Shown: one piece after another, positions 19,194 through 28,826 of the stretch
Numbering within the stretch: the first letter of the stretch is position 1
Layout of the letters: each line of letters begins with the position of its first letter
Virus record (IMG/VR): IMGVR_UViG_3300001765_000256
Span: 71,013-135,012 of that record
Length of the DNA stretch: 64,000 bases
Origin: a virus
Reading direction: 5' to 3' (one strand)
Notes under the pieces: generated by a model
What the model was told of the DNA's origin: nothing
The model's database searches: none
The model's input: only the letters and a program-made list of their open reading frames with translations
Made by a program: the position numbers and the translations under genes

Positions 19194-21200
19194 ATGTCAA
19201 AGAAAAAAGATTTACAACCAGCACTAAATGATGTTCAGCCTAATGATCCTAGACTTAGTAAAATTACATTTGGATCAATGGATTCTACTCTAACCAGCCA
19301 GGATCCAATTGCTCAAATATTCACAGAATTAAAAAAATCTCAAGATATAAAGGCCATTAAGTTAAGCTTTAGTGATGATCCAATTAGATCTGCTGACTTC
19401 TCTAATATATACAGAAAACGTGCCACTATGATCCCTAACCTCTTACTTAAAAGAGTAAGAGATACAGAAGAGCTTATCGGTGGAGTTATATTACCATTAA
19501 AGGCTAACCAGGTTTCTCTGTTTGGTAGACCAAGACCAAACCGTTTTGATATCGGATTCTCTATAGATATTAAACCTGAAATTTATGAAAAATACAAAGA
19601 TGAAGAAATCGAAAAAATCAAAGCTGAGATTGTACCTAATTTAAGAGAAATCTTATTGAATTGCGGTAAGAATAATGGACTTAGAGACAGAGATAAAACT
19701 ACATTTTCACAATTTCTTAAGCAAATTGTTGAGGATGTTTATACTTTCGGTTGGTGGTCAGCCGAAGTAAGACGTGATTCTTTTAATAATTTCCATAGCT
19801 TTAGAGCTGTAGATGCTGGGACAATATACTATGCCACTCCTGGTAAAGAAAAAACTCAAGAGGCTGAAAATATACGTAAACAAGCAAAGGCTATTTTATC
19901 TAAACTAGAAGGACATAAGATCCCTATTGATAGATTTTCAGAGGGTGATTATACTTGGGTTCAAGCTATTGAAGACCAGCCTTATCAGGTTTTTACAGAT
20001 GATCAGTTGTTAGTATGGAGTCTTAATCCATCTACAGATGTATTACGCGCAGGATATCCTAATACAGTAATCGAGCGTATCATTAACTCCATCACTACTC
20101 ATATCAACTTAACTACACACAATAAGATGTTTTTTCTTAATGGAAGAGCTTCTAAGTCTGTTATGGTATTTAAGTCTAACAACTTAGACGATACAGACAT
20201 TATTGCTATCAGACAACAAATGACTAGCCATATTAATAGTTCTAATGCTGCATGGAGAATGCCTGTATTTGGTATATCACCTACAGATGAAATCGAAGTT
20301 AAACCTTTAGATGGCGGCGGTAGAGATATGGAATTCCAATATCTAGCCGACCTAAATAAGCGAATGATCATGGCCGCATTCCAAGTGAGCCCTGATGAGA
20401 TTGCTGCATTAAGTTATTTAAGCCGTGGTACAAATAGCCAGAGCTTATCTGAATCTAATAATGAGTATAAGTTACTTAAGAGTCAGGAATCAGGCTTTAG
20501 ACCTTTATTGTCTGCCATTGAGGATTTTCTTAATGAGAGATTACTACCTAAGATTAATTTAGACTGGTCTAAGATGATTAGGATTAATCTTGCAGGAGTT
20601 GATGCAGACAGTCCTGAAAAAGAGGCAACATTATTAAGTCAAGCTTCGTCATTATATTATACATTTAATGATATTATGGATAAGGTTGAAAAGAAACGTA
20701 TACCACTTGGTGGCGACTTTCCAATGAATGCAGCCTATATGCAAATAATGGAAAAATATTTCACAATGGGTGAAATACTTGAAACATTCCAGCCAGATAG
20801 ATACAAGAACGCATCTCAGAATCCTGATATGCAGTATTATATCAATAACCCTGCATGGTTCCAATTTAAACAAATGCAAATGCAAGAACAACAAATGAAG
20901 CAACAAGCTCAGATGGCAAACGGGCAGCAGCTTGCTGCCCCAGGTCAGGAACAGCAAGGTCAACCTCAAGATTCTTCACAAGATCAAGATCAAGACCTTG
21001 ACTCAGCAGTAGGCCAACTATCTGAATTAATAAGTAAATCAAGCCTTGCAAAATCGGACGGATCATTATATAACAAAAAAGAACTTGCTAAGAAACATAA
21101 AAAGATGAAAGATAAGATTCTTGGTGATTTCGAGAAGCAGTCTAAGAATATGATTGAGGAGATAGTATTTGCTATAGAAGGCAAAAAGAATAAAGAGTAA
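19194..21200 (+). CDS. portal protein
   Basis: RAVDAGTI, KMFFLNG, DMEFQY..AAFQVSPDEI motifs typical of large-myovirus portals; position after terminase. Confidence 0.85.
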   Translation: MSKKKDLQPALNDVQPNDPRLSKITFGSMDSTLTSQDPIAQIFTELKKSQDIKAIKLSFSDDPIRSADFSNIYRKRATMIPNLLLKRVRDTEELIGGVILPLKANQVSLFGRPRPNRFDIGFSIDIKPEIYEKYKDEEIEKIKAEIVPNLREILLNCGKNNGLRDRDKTTFSQFLKQIVEDVYTFGWWSAEVRRDSFNNFHSFRAVDAGTIYYATPGKEKTQEAENIRKQAKAILSKLEGHKIPIDRFSEGDYTWVQAIEDQPYQVFTDDQLLVWSLNPSTDVLRAGYPNTVIERIINSITTHINLTTHNKMFFLNGRASKSVMVFKSNNLDDTDIIAIRQQMTSHINSSNAAWRMPVFGISPTDEIEVKPLDGGGRDMEFQYLADLNKRMIMAAFQVSPDEIAALSYLSRGTNSQSLSESNNEYKLLKSQESGFRPLLSAIEDFLNERLLPKINLDWSKMIRINLAGVDADSPEKEATLLSQASSLYYTFNDIMDKVEKKRIPLGGDFPMNAAYMQIMEKYFTMGEILETFQPDRYKNASQNPDMQYYINNPAWFQFKQMQMQEQQMKQQAQMANGQQLAAPGQEQQGQPQDSSQDQDQDLDSAVGQLSELISKSSLAKSDGSLYNKKELAKKHKKMKDKILGDFEKQSKNMIEEIVFAIEGKKNKE

Positions 21201-21203
21201 TAC

Positions 21204-23078
21204 ATGTTTACAAAAGCATTTCAAAGAATCATAGAAGAGATTATAGGTAAGACATTCAATAGTCTTAGGTTTAATCTATTAGGCCCAGACAGAGTGGCAA
21301 AAGCTTTTGTATTTAGTATGATGGGTAGCAAGTATAACCCAAACACTACTCTGTCTTCTGTATATCTACATGCTAACGCACAGAACTCAACAGATCCAAG
21401 ATCCATAGATAAAAGTACAATTAATCAACTTCTAGATATATCAGAAGATTATATCGATACGTTAGAAACAAAAAGCAAGTCTGATATTAATAGAATTATC
21501 ACACAACACATGTCAGACATAGAGCAAAAAGCTAAGATGTTAAACATGTCGCCAAGAGATGTACTTCTTAGTGATGAAGGGTCTGATATTGTAAAAACAA
21601 TGAAGGCCGATTTAAAAGACATCAAAGAAAAGATTGACAAATCGGTAGACCTGCTCGCAGATCATCAAAGGTATAATGCTCAGAATTTCGGTGCAATGGA
21701 CGGCATACTAACAGCTGCCAGATCTATAGGTATAGATGACCCTACAGTTATGAAGATAGGCGTTGTGGATGAAAAACTTAGCGAGATGTGTACACACCTA
21801 TGGCATACACCAGGCAATATCAATAAACCTAAAGTATATAGAATGTCGGAGCTTAAAGGTGGCGAAGGTAATCCTAAAAAGGGAATGTGGGAGGCCACAA
21901 TCGGACTTAGCCATATTAACTGTTTTACAGAAGGAAAAACCCCAGTCCTTACTAGTACTGGATGGCAACCGTTGAAAAATATAAAAATGGGAGATCTTGT
22001 ACTTACACATAACGGACATTTTAAAAAGGTTGTAGATCTAATAAATGAACCATATAGGTACAAAAAAACATACAAAATTAATTATACATATAACGGAGAA
22101 GATTATAATATAAGAATTACTCCAGACCATAAGATGCTTACCGATAAAGGGTGGATCGAAGCCCAACATCTTACTAATGACCATAATTTAGTATCACTAG
22201 TTGATCCGTGTATTATTTGCGGATCTCAAACAGAAACAAAAAGTAATCACAAGTTTGGACAGAAGCTTACCTGCTCGTCAGAATGCTATAGCAAGTATAT
22301 GCAAGATAGAGTGACAGGCTACCATAACGACATGTCCGAAATAGATAAAATCAAAAGAGGGTCGAATATATCATCAGCTATACGTGATGGTTTCAGTGAC
22401 GGTACTCGAACTTCCGTATTCTCGAATCCAGAGTATTGGACTCCAGACAGGAGAAAGAAGACGGCAGACTCTATTATATCACGCATGCCTCAAATGTTAA
22501 TATCTTCAGCGTCTACACGCGTATCCAAAGAGCAACGTATCGTGTACGGATGGATACTTAATGAGTTCCCTAAAGAAAACGTAGTCTTAGAGCATAACGT
22601 TGATAGATATGCAATCGATATTGCATTTCCAGATCATAAGATAGGTATAGAGATAGACGGTAAGTATCACGAAAACGAACGGATAATTAAAGATAAGGCA
22701 AGAGACAGTAGGCTGAATGATTTAGGGTGGACAATTATACGATTCGGAAAGAATACAGGCAGAACTGTAAATAAGAATAATATAATTCAGAACATAAAGA
22801 CACTTCTGTACAACCATAATGGTCTATACAGGTTCCAGCTTGCTAAGATAAACTATATAAAGAAGACCGAAACCGGAAAGTATGGCAGGGTATTTTGCAT
22901 TGGAGTAGAGGATGACGCTTCATTCGTTTCTAGAGGTGTTGTAAGTCATAACTGTAGACACGTATTAGTGCCAATCATGCCTGGATTCGGACTTGATGAA
23001 TCTGGTAGTATAATATATAAAGGTAAAGATCCTGAGACAGGAGAGCCTTGGGATGAATATAAAAAACAAAGAGGATAA
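21204..23078 (+). CDS. MuF/gp7-like head morphogenesis protein interrupted by an intein
   Basis: Follows portal; spliced product restores GLSHIN-CRH (HPNCRC-like motif). Confidence 0.75.
   Translation: MFTKAFQRIIEEIIGKTFNSLRFNLLGPDRVAKAFVFSMMGSKYNPNTTLSSVYLHANAQNSTDPRSIDKSTINQLLDISEDYIDTLETKSKSDINRIITQHMSDIEQKAKMLNMSPRDVLLSDEGSDIVKTMKADLKDIKEKIDKSVDLLADHQRYNAQNFGAMDGILTAARSIGIDDPTVMKIGVVDEKLSEMCTHLWHTPGNINKPKVYRMSELKGGEGNPKKGMWEATIGLSHINCFTEGKTPVLTSTGWQPLKNIKMGDLVLTHNGHFKKVVDLINEPYRYKKTYKINYTYNGEDYNIRITPDHKMLTDKGWIEAQHLTNDHNLVSLVDPCIICGSQTETKSNHKFGQKLTCSSECYSKYMQDRVTGYHNDMSEIDKIKRGSNISSAIRDGFSDGTRTSVFSNPEYWTPDRRKKTADSIISRMPQMLISSASTRVSKEQRIVYGWILNEFPKENVVLEHNVDRYAIDIAFPDHKIGIEIDGKYHENERIIKDKARDSRLNDLGWTIIRFGKNTGRTVNKNNIIQNIKTLLYNHNGLYRFQLAKINYIKKTETGKYGRVFCIGVEDDASFVSRGVVSHNCRHVLVPIMPGFGLDESGSIIYKGKDPETGEPWDEYKKQRG
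21921..22952 (+). mobile_element. intein with DUF559/Vsr-like endonuclease (344 aa)
   Basis: Starts CFTEG, block B ITPDHKML, ends VVSHN followed by Cys; internal YAIDIAFPDHKIGIEIDGKYH..DKARDSRLNDLGWTIIRF. Confidence 0.9.
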
Positions 23079-23105
23079 TATTACCTCAATATTAATACAT
23101 AACGT

Positions 23106-23345
23106 TTAAGTATTTACATCTTTCTCTACCTGATACGAAAGATTATCTTTAAGTCTAACCCTTAATTGTGTACTTAGTTTACCTAAAAACTGGCTTATTA
23201 ATTGGCTGTATACACCGTTTGACAGCTTTCTTTCTGCAATACTATTAAAATACTTACCATCTAATATACCAGATAACGAGTAATCCAATTTAGTCCATAA
23301 CTCACTTGATAATTTAGATTTTAAATCTTTATCAGTGCTTCTCAT
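23106..23345 (-). CDS. small Leu-periodic paralog family protein
   Basis: KLSSELWTKLDYSLSGILDGK; hydrophobic residue every 4th position. Confidence 0.6.
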   Translation of the reverse strand: MRSTDKDLKSKLSSELWTKLDYSLSGILDGKYFNSIAERKLSNGVYSQLISQFLGKLSTQLRVRLKDNLSYQVEKDVNT

Positions 23346-23536
23346 TTGTCACCATTACGCTTATGTAGATCTGTCGCTAGTTTTACGTCTAATATACCTA
23401 ATTGATCTCTTAATTTACGATGTACCTTATCCATTAAGTATATTTTTAATTTAGGAGATACTTTGTCTCCTAAATAGTTATCTAAACTATTACTTAGGTG
23501 AGACCATAGCAGATTTGATACCTTGACCATTCGCAC
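23342..23536 (-). CDS. small Leu-periodic paralog family protein
   Basis: NLLWSHLSNSLDNYLGDKV; ATGA coupling to next gene. Confidence 0.55.
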   Translation of the reverse strand: MRMVKVSNLLWSHLSNSLDNYLGDKVSPKLKIYLMDKVHRKLRDQLGILDVKLATDLHKRNGDK

Positions 23537-23732
23537 TCCTTATATCTTCTATTAATCTCTCTCTTAATTGTACCTCTAGCTCCATCTCTGACTGATTATC
23601 TAATGTACCCCATAATTGTGTCCATATGAGGCTATGAGGTCTATACGTTATATCGTCTGACAGTGAAAGACCTTCTAAACCTGTAATTAATAAATCACCT
23701 AAACTATCAAGCTTACCGCGTAATCCACCCAT
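23490..23732 (-). CDS. small Leu-periodic paralog family protein
   Basis: SLIWTQLWGTLDNQ; TAATG coupling to upstream gene. Confidence 0.55.
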   Translation of the reverse strand: MGGLRGKLDSLGDLLITGLEGLSLSDDITYRPHSLIWTQLWGTLDNQSEMELEVQLRERLIEDIRSANGQGIKSAMVSPK

Positions 23733-23929
23733 TAAGGCAACTCCTTAAGATTAGGTAATGCCAAAAACTCAAGTCTATATTCGTAAAACCCAATAGACAT
23801 CTTATCTGCCATCTCTACAACAGACATAATATCATCTATAGACATAATGCTAGATAGCATATCTACAGCCTCCTGGTCACCAGCAAAAATATAACGCAAT
23901 AAAGATATTTGTGTTTGTGTTAGTTTCAT
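23732..23929 (-). CDS. hypothetical protein
   Basis: Start reassigned to ATG 23929 after GGAGG RBS; minus-strand TTGACT-N17-TAGCTT promoter at 23946-23974. Confidence 0.65.
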   Translation of the reverse strand: MKLTQTQISLLRYIFAGDQEAVDMLSSIMSIDDIMSVVEMADKMSIGFYEYRLEFLALPNLKELP

Positions 23930-24041
23930 GTAGACCTCCATATATAAGCTACCAGGATTATACACATAAGTCAAGTGTAAATATTACAATACAACCGATA
24001 TAAAAATAAGCCCTTAAAATATAATAATACATTATATATAT

Positions 24042-24066
24042 CAATAACTTAAGCCAAAAACTTAAT
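24042..24066 (+). promoter_or_regulatory. putative late promoter motif, copy 2
   Basis: CAATAACTTA-AGCCA-AAAACTTAAT, 9 nt before protease ATG (near-leaderless). Confidence 0.7.
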
Positions 24067-24075
24067 TTCTGTACA

Positions 24076-25002
24076 ATGGAATCCCTTAAGAAGAATATTA
24101 CAGTAGCCGCTGTACTTAGTGCAGAAACACCAGATACTACTAATGAGATACTGTCTGTTAGTGGTGCTGACATATCTGCACTAAAGCTAGGAACGTCACC
24201 GTTAAATACGGAGCACATAAACCCAGAAGATATTGAAAAAACTGGCGATAAGGACTTTAAGGGGTTTAATACCGTAATAGGTAGAATAGTTACAGCTAAA
24301 AAGATTTTTAGCGAAAAAGACTGTGAAAACCAATATGAGTTGGATGCCTGGAGTGACCTACAGGTGCCATTAATATTCGGATATATTCAGTTTTTTGACG
24401 GAGATGACGCTCACGATAACGCTAAGGCGGCCTCATCTCTAATACGAATGGCTCATAAGAACGAATTTGAGCATATGATAGGATTTAGCGTAGAAGGTCA
24501 GATACTTAAAAGAGAAGGCAACAGGCTTGCAGAAACGGTTATTAAAAAGGTAGCCGCAACAGCAAAGCCAGCCAATAAAGCAGCAACTATTAAAGGAATT
24601 GTACAAGATAGCAAATCATCAAGCAGCGACGCCATGTTTAAGGCTGAACAGGATGATACAAGTATTTTGCACAAATCTATTATAAGTAAGCATACACATG
24701 TAGTACAAGATGACTTCGGTCTATCAAATGCTCTGTTTAAGCTTAGAAAGACACTCGATGCTGGATCTACAGCAGCAGCTCCATCCTCGCTTTCGGGCGG
24801 GTCAGCACTTCAAACAGAAGGACACCTAGCAAAGCTAGAAAGACGTGTAGGTAAAAAACCGATCAGTCGTGACCTTCTTAAGAAGTTACTTGGAGATGCT
24901 ACCAATGAACAGCTAGAGAAAGTCTACAGTCACCTAAAACTACTTAGGTTTAAAAAGCACACTGAAGAGTGCGAAGATGCATATCGACAGTTAAAAAAAT
25001 AA
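24076..25002 (+). CDS. prohead (capsid maturation) protease
   Basis: LNTEH, IGRI, GFSVEG, VAATAKPAN motifs of HK97/herpes-fold phage proteases. Confidence 0.85.
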   Translation: MESLKKNITVAAVLSAETPDTTNEILSVSGADISALKLGTSPLNTEHINPEDIEKTGDKDFKGFNTVIGRIVTAKKIFSEKDCENQYELDAWSDLQVPLIFGYIQFFDGDDAHDNAKAASSLIRMAHKNEFEHMIGFSVEGQILKREGNRLAETVIKKVAATAKPANKAATIKGIVQDSKSSSSDAMFKAEQDDTSILHKSIISKHTHVVQDDFGLSNALFKLRKTLDAGSTAAAPSSLSGGSALQTEGHLAKLERRVGKKPISRDLLKKLLGDATNEQLEKVYSHLKLLRFKKHTEECEDAYRQLKK

Positions 25003-25014
25003 TAGGATCTATAC

Positions 25015-26775
25015 ATGAACAATAAGTTAAGTAAATTATTGAAAACCTTTGCTTTGCTTAAAGTTCTGTCTAAAGCTAAAAATACTCCTATCGACATGAC
25101 AGCCGAAGAGGCCGTTAATGAACACGAAAATCTAGTCAATGTGCTGGAGTCTCCAAGCCATAAAGATGATATCGTAGAAGCTAAAAAGCAAAAAAAAGAA
25201 TTAAAAGAATATAAAGAACGGCTAGAGAAAACAAAATCTCCATCTAAACACATACCACTACACAGATTAAAGCAGATACAAAGAGATAACCATATTGGTG
25301 AAGGTGGAAACGAGTATGACGCTGGCGAAGTAAAAGATGCCATCAACGAAAGAAGTCATGCTATTGCACAAAGACAAGTTAAAGATGCTGATCGTAATGA
25401 CAGATTAGGTCCAGATCACGATAAGCAAGACCATTCCGACTTACTATCCTATTTAAGTAATAATCCAATAAAGAAAAGTAACGTAGATATATACCTAGAA
25501 AAATCACTCACAGATGATTACGGTCTGTCTGATCTAATAAAGGCAGACAATAGACCTACCCATCCAGGTCAACAACATCCACTAGACCCTAACCAGCATG
25601 CTGGAGTTATGAGTAATGGCATAGTTGGGTGGAAGTATACACCTCAAGCTACAAGGCGTTATCTCAGCGATATATGGGAAGGTAAGAATGATATTATATC
25701 TAAATACCCTAATCATAAAGAAGCTGTAAGTAAGCTATACGATTCAGTATTATCTCATCCTGATACACATTTCATCCCAACGCAGTCAGATGTAAGATCA
25801 CCAGTCCACGATATGAGAGCAAGGCACCTCAGACAGTTGACAATGTATCCTGATTCTGCTAATATTATACCTAAAGATGATGGTAATATTGTTTTTGCCA
25901 CACACAGGCACTCGAAACAGAAACCAGAATTTACTTCATACTGGACCTTTAATAAAGATAAGGGAGTGATAGGCTATGAAGAAAAAGATGGACACCAAAT
26001 TCTTAACGCAAAAGTACCTACTATACAAAGCAGTCCTGACATTAAAACTGAACAAGCGGCAGTTAGAAGAGTATCTCCAGGGGTTGTTGTTAGACAAAAA
26101 GACAGGGTTTCCAAGTCCGAAAACTACACGGAAGCAGATGATAGCATGGATAATAATAAATCCAGAAGGATTATTCCAAACAAGGGAGAGATGGTCCGTG
26201 ATGATGTACCGGATGAAGAGAGTCGGAATAATCTATTATTACAAAACCTATATAAGTCTGAAATGAAAAGATTCTTAGATAATTCTGACTTTTTTAATAC
26301 ATGGAAAAAATCTTATAAGCTTTATAAGGCAGACGAACAATCAAATACACTGTATCATTATGGTAGAACACCAGGATTAAAACAGATAGATCCTAAATTC
26401 ATGGGTACAGGAACTAAGGGCGACTTCAACCGAAAGTTCGATCCATCAAAAATTCCAGACTATCCACATTCAATTTTTGCTTATAAGGTTGACGAACCTG
26501 AAGATATAGTTAAACAAGGTGCAGCTTCTAAGTACAAGTTAGACTTAACTCCAGACCAAGAGTTATATGACATATCTAAAGATCCAGAAAATTTAGTATC
26601 TGGAGCTGTTAAAGAAAATAATGGCATATGGAATATAGAGAATGTATTTAATAAGATTAAAGGTGCTGGATACTACGGTGCTCATGTTTCAGATAAAGAC
26701 GCTCATCCTGTAATAAGAAATACGGTACATCTTTTCTACCCTCATAATGTATCGTCTGAAGAGGGGTTAAGATAA
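25015..26775 (+). CDS. multi-domain putative head-packaged protein; C-terminal ART-fold-like domain
   Basis: Several LxKS/A motifs; C-terminal TLYHYG..IDPKFMGTG..GYYG resembles ART-PolyVal-type domains. Confidence 0.5.
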   Translation: MNNKLSKLLKTFALLKVLSKAKNTPIDMTAEEAVNEHENLVNVLESPSHKDDIVEAKKQKKELKEYKERLEKTKSPSKHIPLHRLKQIQRDNHIGEGGNEYDAGEVKDAINERSHAIAQRQVKDADRNDRLGPDHDKQDHSDLLSYLSNNPIKKSNVDIYLEKSLTDDYGLSDLIKADNRPTHPGQQHPLDPNQHAGVMSNGIVGWKYTPQATRRYLSDIWEGKNDIISKYPNHKEAVSKLYDSVLSHPDTHFIPTQSDVRSPVHDMRARHLRQLTMYPDSANIIPKDDGNIVFATHRHSKQKPEFTSYWTFNKDKGVIGYEEKDGHQILNAKVPTIQSSPDIKTEQAAVRRVSPGVVVRQKDRVSKSENYTEADDSMDNNKSRRIIPNKGEMVRDDVPDEESRNNLLLQNLYKSEMKRFLDNSDFFNTWKKSYKLYKADEQSNTLYHYGRTPGLKQIDPKFMGTGTKGDFNRKFDPSKIPDYPHSIFAYKVDEPEDIVKQGAASKYKLDLTPDQELYDISKDPENLVSGAVKENNGIWNIENVFNKIKGAGYYGAHVSDKDAHPVIRNTVHLFYPHNVSSEEGLR

Positions 26776-28772
26776 TGGATTTCAATAAAAGACATTTAAT
26801 ATTTTCAGTAGAAAACCCAATGCATCAAGCTAAGGTTAAAGCTCCTACACACGATGAGGCTATATCATGGCTAAGGCAGCAAGGAGAAGATGCCCATAGT
26901 GCCGTCGGTCATTATGATGGTAACCCAGAACGCAGTATAATCGTAAATAATCCTAAGAATATTAAAGGTATAGAGCAACTTGCTGAGGATATAGGTCAAG
27001 ACAGTATACTTCATTCGCATAATGGTAATCACGAACTTAAGTACCTTAATGGGCAAAATAAAGGTAAGGTAGTTAAAGGTTCTGGTACTAAAATTCATTC
27101 TAGTGCTCCACCAGATATGTTCACTACAATTAACGACCATATGGGCGATCCTGTACATTTCACTCACAATTTAGATTTTGGAAAAATAGAAAACCCATCG
27201 CTTAGCAAATCAGAAGATCTACTTAAGGCACCTCTTAGATATACAGATTACGATCCTTATATAGCAGAGGAGCAAGGTCTTCCAGATTTCATGAACCATG
27301 AACATTATAAACATATAAAGTCCGTAGAGTTACCTAACGGACTTGAATACAGAAAATTTAAACATAAACTCTACGATCATAATAGTAAAATGGCTCATGC
27401 CATATATGACCCAAAAAACGAACACGAACCTATGGCATATATGGAAACAGAAATAGAAGATCCTGAAGTTAACAAAAAGGCATCTCCCAGTGTATCATGG
27501 TCTGAGGTTTCACCTGATCATAAAGGTAAAGGGTTGGGTAGACAGTTATATTTAGCGACACTAGCATTCGGAACAAACAAGTTACAATCAGACACTAGAA
27601 TATCGCCAGATGCACATAAAATGTGGCAATCATTTAAGACATATCCTGGACTTAGCGGTAAAATATCAAAATACCCAACAGACGAAGAGATGGGACAGTT
27701 CTCCACAGATCCTAAATTTGCCAGACAAGCAGAAGAGCCTCATCATGTTTTTGTTTCAGATAAGAGTAAGCTTGATTTTAATAAAATGTTCCCAAGCATT
27801 ACAAAACTTCCAATACAAAAATTAGCTGCATCCGAACAGTCAGATGATGAATTTCTTTTTAAGTCTGTTGATGATAAAACCTGGAAGCAGGTGTCTGAAT
27901 ACCATAATAAAGCGGTAGTTAAGGGTAACGATGTAGTTGACAGTACTGGTCATATAAATTACTTCAATAAAAAACATTCTGATTATAATTCAGCATTAGA
28001 ACATAAAGATAATATGACAAGGGTTGGTAATCCAGGCAACGCCGTATCTCCAAAAATGCTACACAATGTAAACGGTCAGGTTTATATGGCAAAACCATAC
28101 CATACTCCAAATGAAAGATGGGCCGCCAAGATGGCAAAACATCCAATTAGAGGATGGGCATCTCTAACTACAAATAGGTTGTTTAATGCCGCAGGAATGA
28201 AACAAAATACAGAGGATATATCTGCACATATACATAATGGAGTACCTATAGTTGTACATAAATTTAACACACAAGCGCAAGATACAGACCAAAATCCTCC
28301 GCTTAATATGAAAGATCATGCTAAATTAGGAATAATAGACTTCCTGTCTAACAACCAAGATAGACATGCATCTAATTTAATGCATGTACACGGAATGCCG
28401 TTTGCTATAGATCACGACAGGAACTTCCAATACTTTGAAGCTAAACCTGGATTTAATCATATGATAAACCCAGAAAATTCATATCAACATCAGCCAGCGT
28501 ATGGTCGTAATATTAAAAAGAATTTCGATATGTTTGCTGACGATTTAACCGACTGGTGGAATAATCACGGCGAAAATATCAAGAATGAAATGAAAAGAAA
28601 TCTTGAGTTCATTAAGGATCCTGCGGTAAAGCAACATATCGGAGATAACTTCAAGAATAGATGGGAATGGCTGGATGACAGATTTCGTAATGATCCGTAT
28701 CAAGTATTCAATTCTGATGGGTACGGAGCAGATATAGTGACATACAAAAAACCTAAGAAAATCAAGGGTTAA
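26775..28772 (+). CDS. polyvalent protein: SAM lyase/DUF3293-like + GNAT + PI3K/HipA-like kinase
   Basis: IFSVENP..GHYDGNPERS..LAEDIGQDSIL; VSPDHKGKGLGRQLY..SPDAHKMW; DFLSNNQDRHASN..AIDHDRNF. Confidence 0.7.
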   Translation: MDFNKRHLIFSVENPMHQAKVKAPTHDEAISWLRQQGEDAHSAVGHYDGNPERSIIVNNPKNIKGIEQLAEDIGQDSILHSHNGNHELKYLNGQNKGKVVKGSGTKIHSSAPPDMFTTINDHMGDPVHFTHNLDFGKIENPSLSKSEDLLKAPLRYTDYDPYIAEEQGLPDFMNHEHYKHIKSVELPNGLEYRKFKHKLYDHNSKMAHAIYDPKNEHEPMAYMETEIEDPEVNKKASPSVSWSEVSPDHKGKGLGRQLYLATLAFGTNKLQSDTRISPDAHKMWQSFKTYPGLSGKISKYPTDEEMGQFSTDPKFARQAEEPHHVFVSDKSKLDFNKMFPSITKLPIQKLAASEQSDDEFLFKSVDDKTWKQVSEYHNKAVVKGNDVVDSTGHINYFNKKHSDYNSALEHKDNMTRVGNPGNAVSPKMLHNVNGQVYMAKPYHTPNERWAAKMAKHPIRGWASLTTNRLFNAAGMKQNTEDISAHIHNGVPIVVHKFNTQAQDTDQNPPLNMKDHAKLGIIDFLSNNQDRHASNLMHVHGMPFAIDHDRNFQYFEAKPGFNHMINPENSYQHQPAYGRNIKKNFDMFADDLTDWWNNHGENIKNEMKRNLEFIKDPAVKQHIGDNFKNRWEWLDDRFRNDPYQVFNSDGYGADIVTYKKPKKIKG

Positions 28773-28780
28773 TAAGGGTA

Positions 28781-28809
28781 TTGATTTTATATCGCACATG
28801 TGATATAGT
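28781..28809 (+). promoter_or_regulatory. sigma70-type promoter inside late region
   Basis: TTGATT-N17-TATAGT. Confidence 0.5.
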
Positions 28810-28826
28810 AATAAAAAAGGAAGAAA

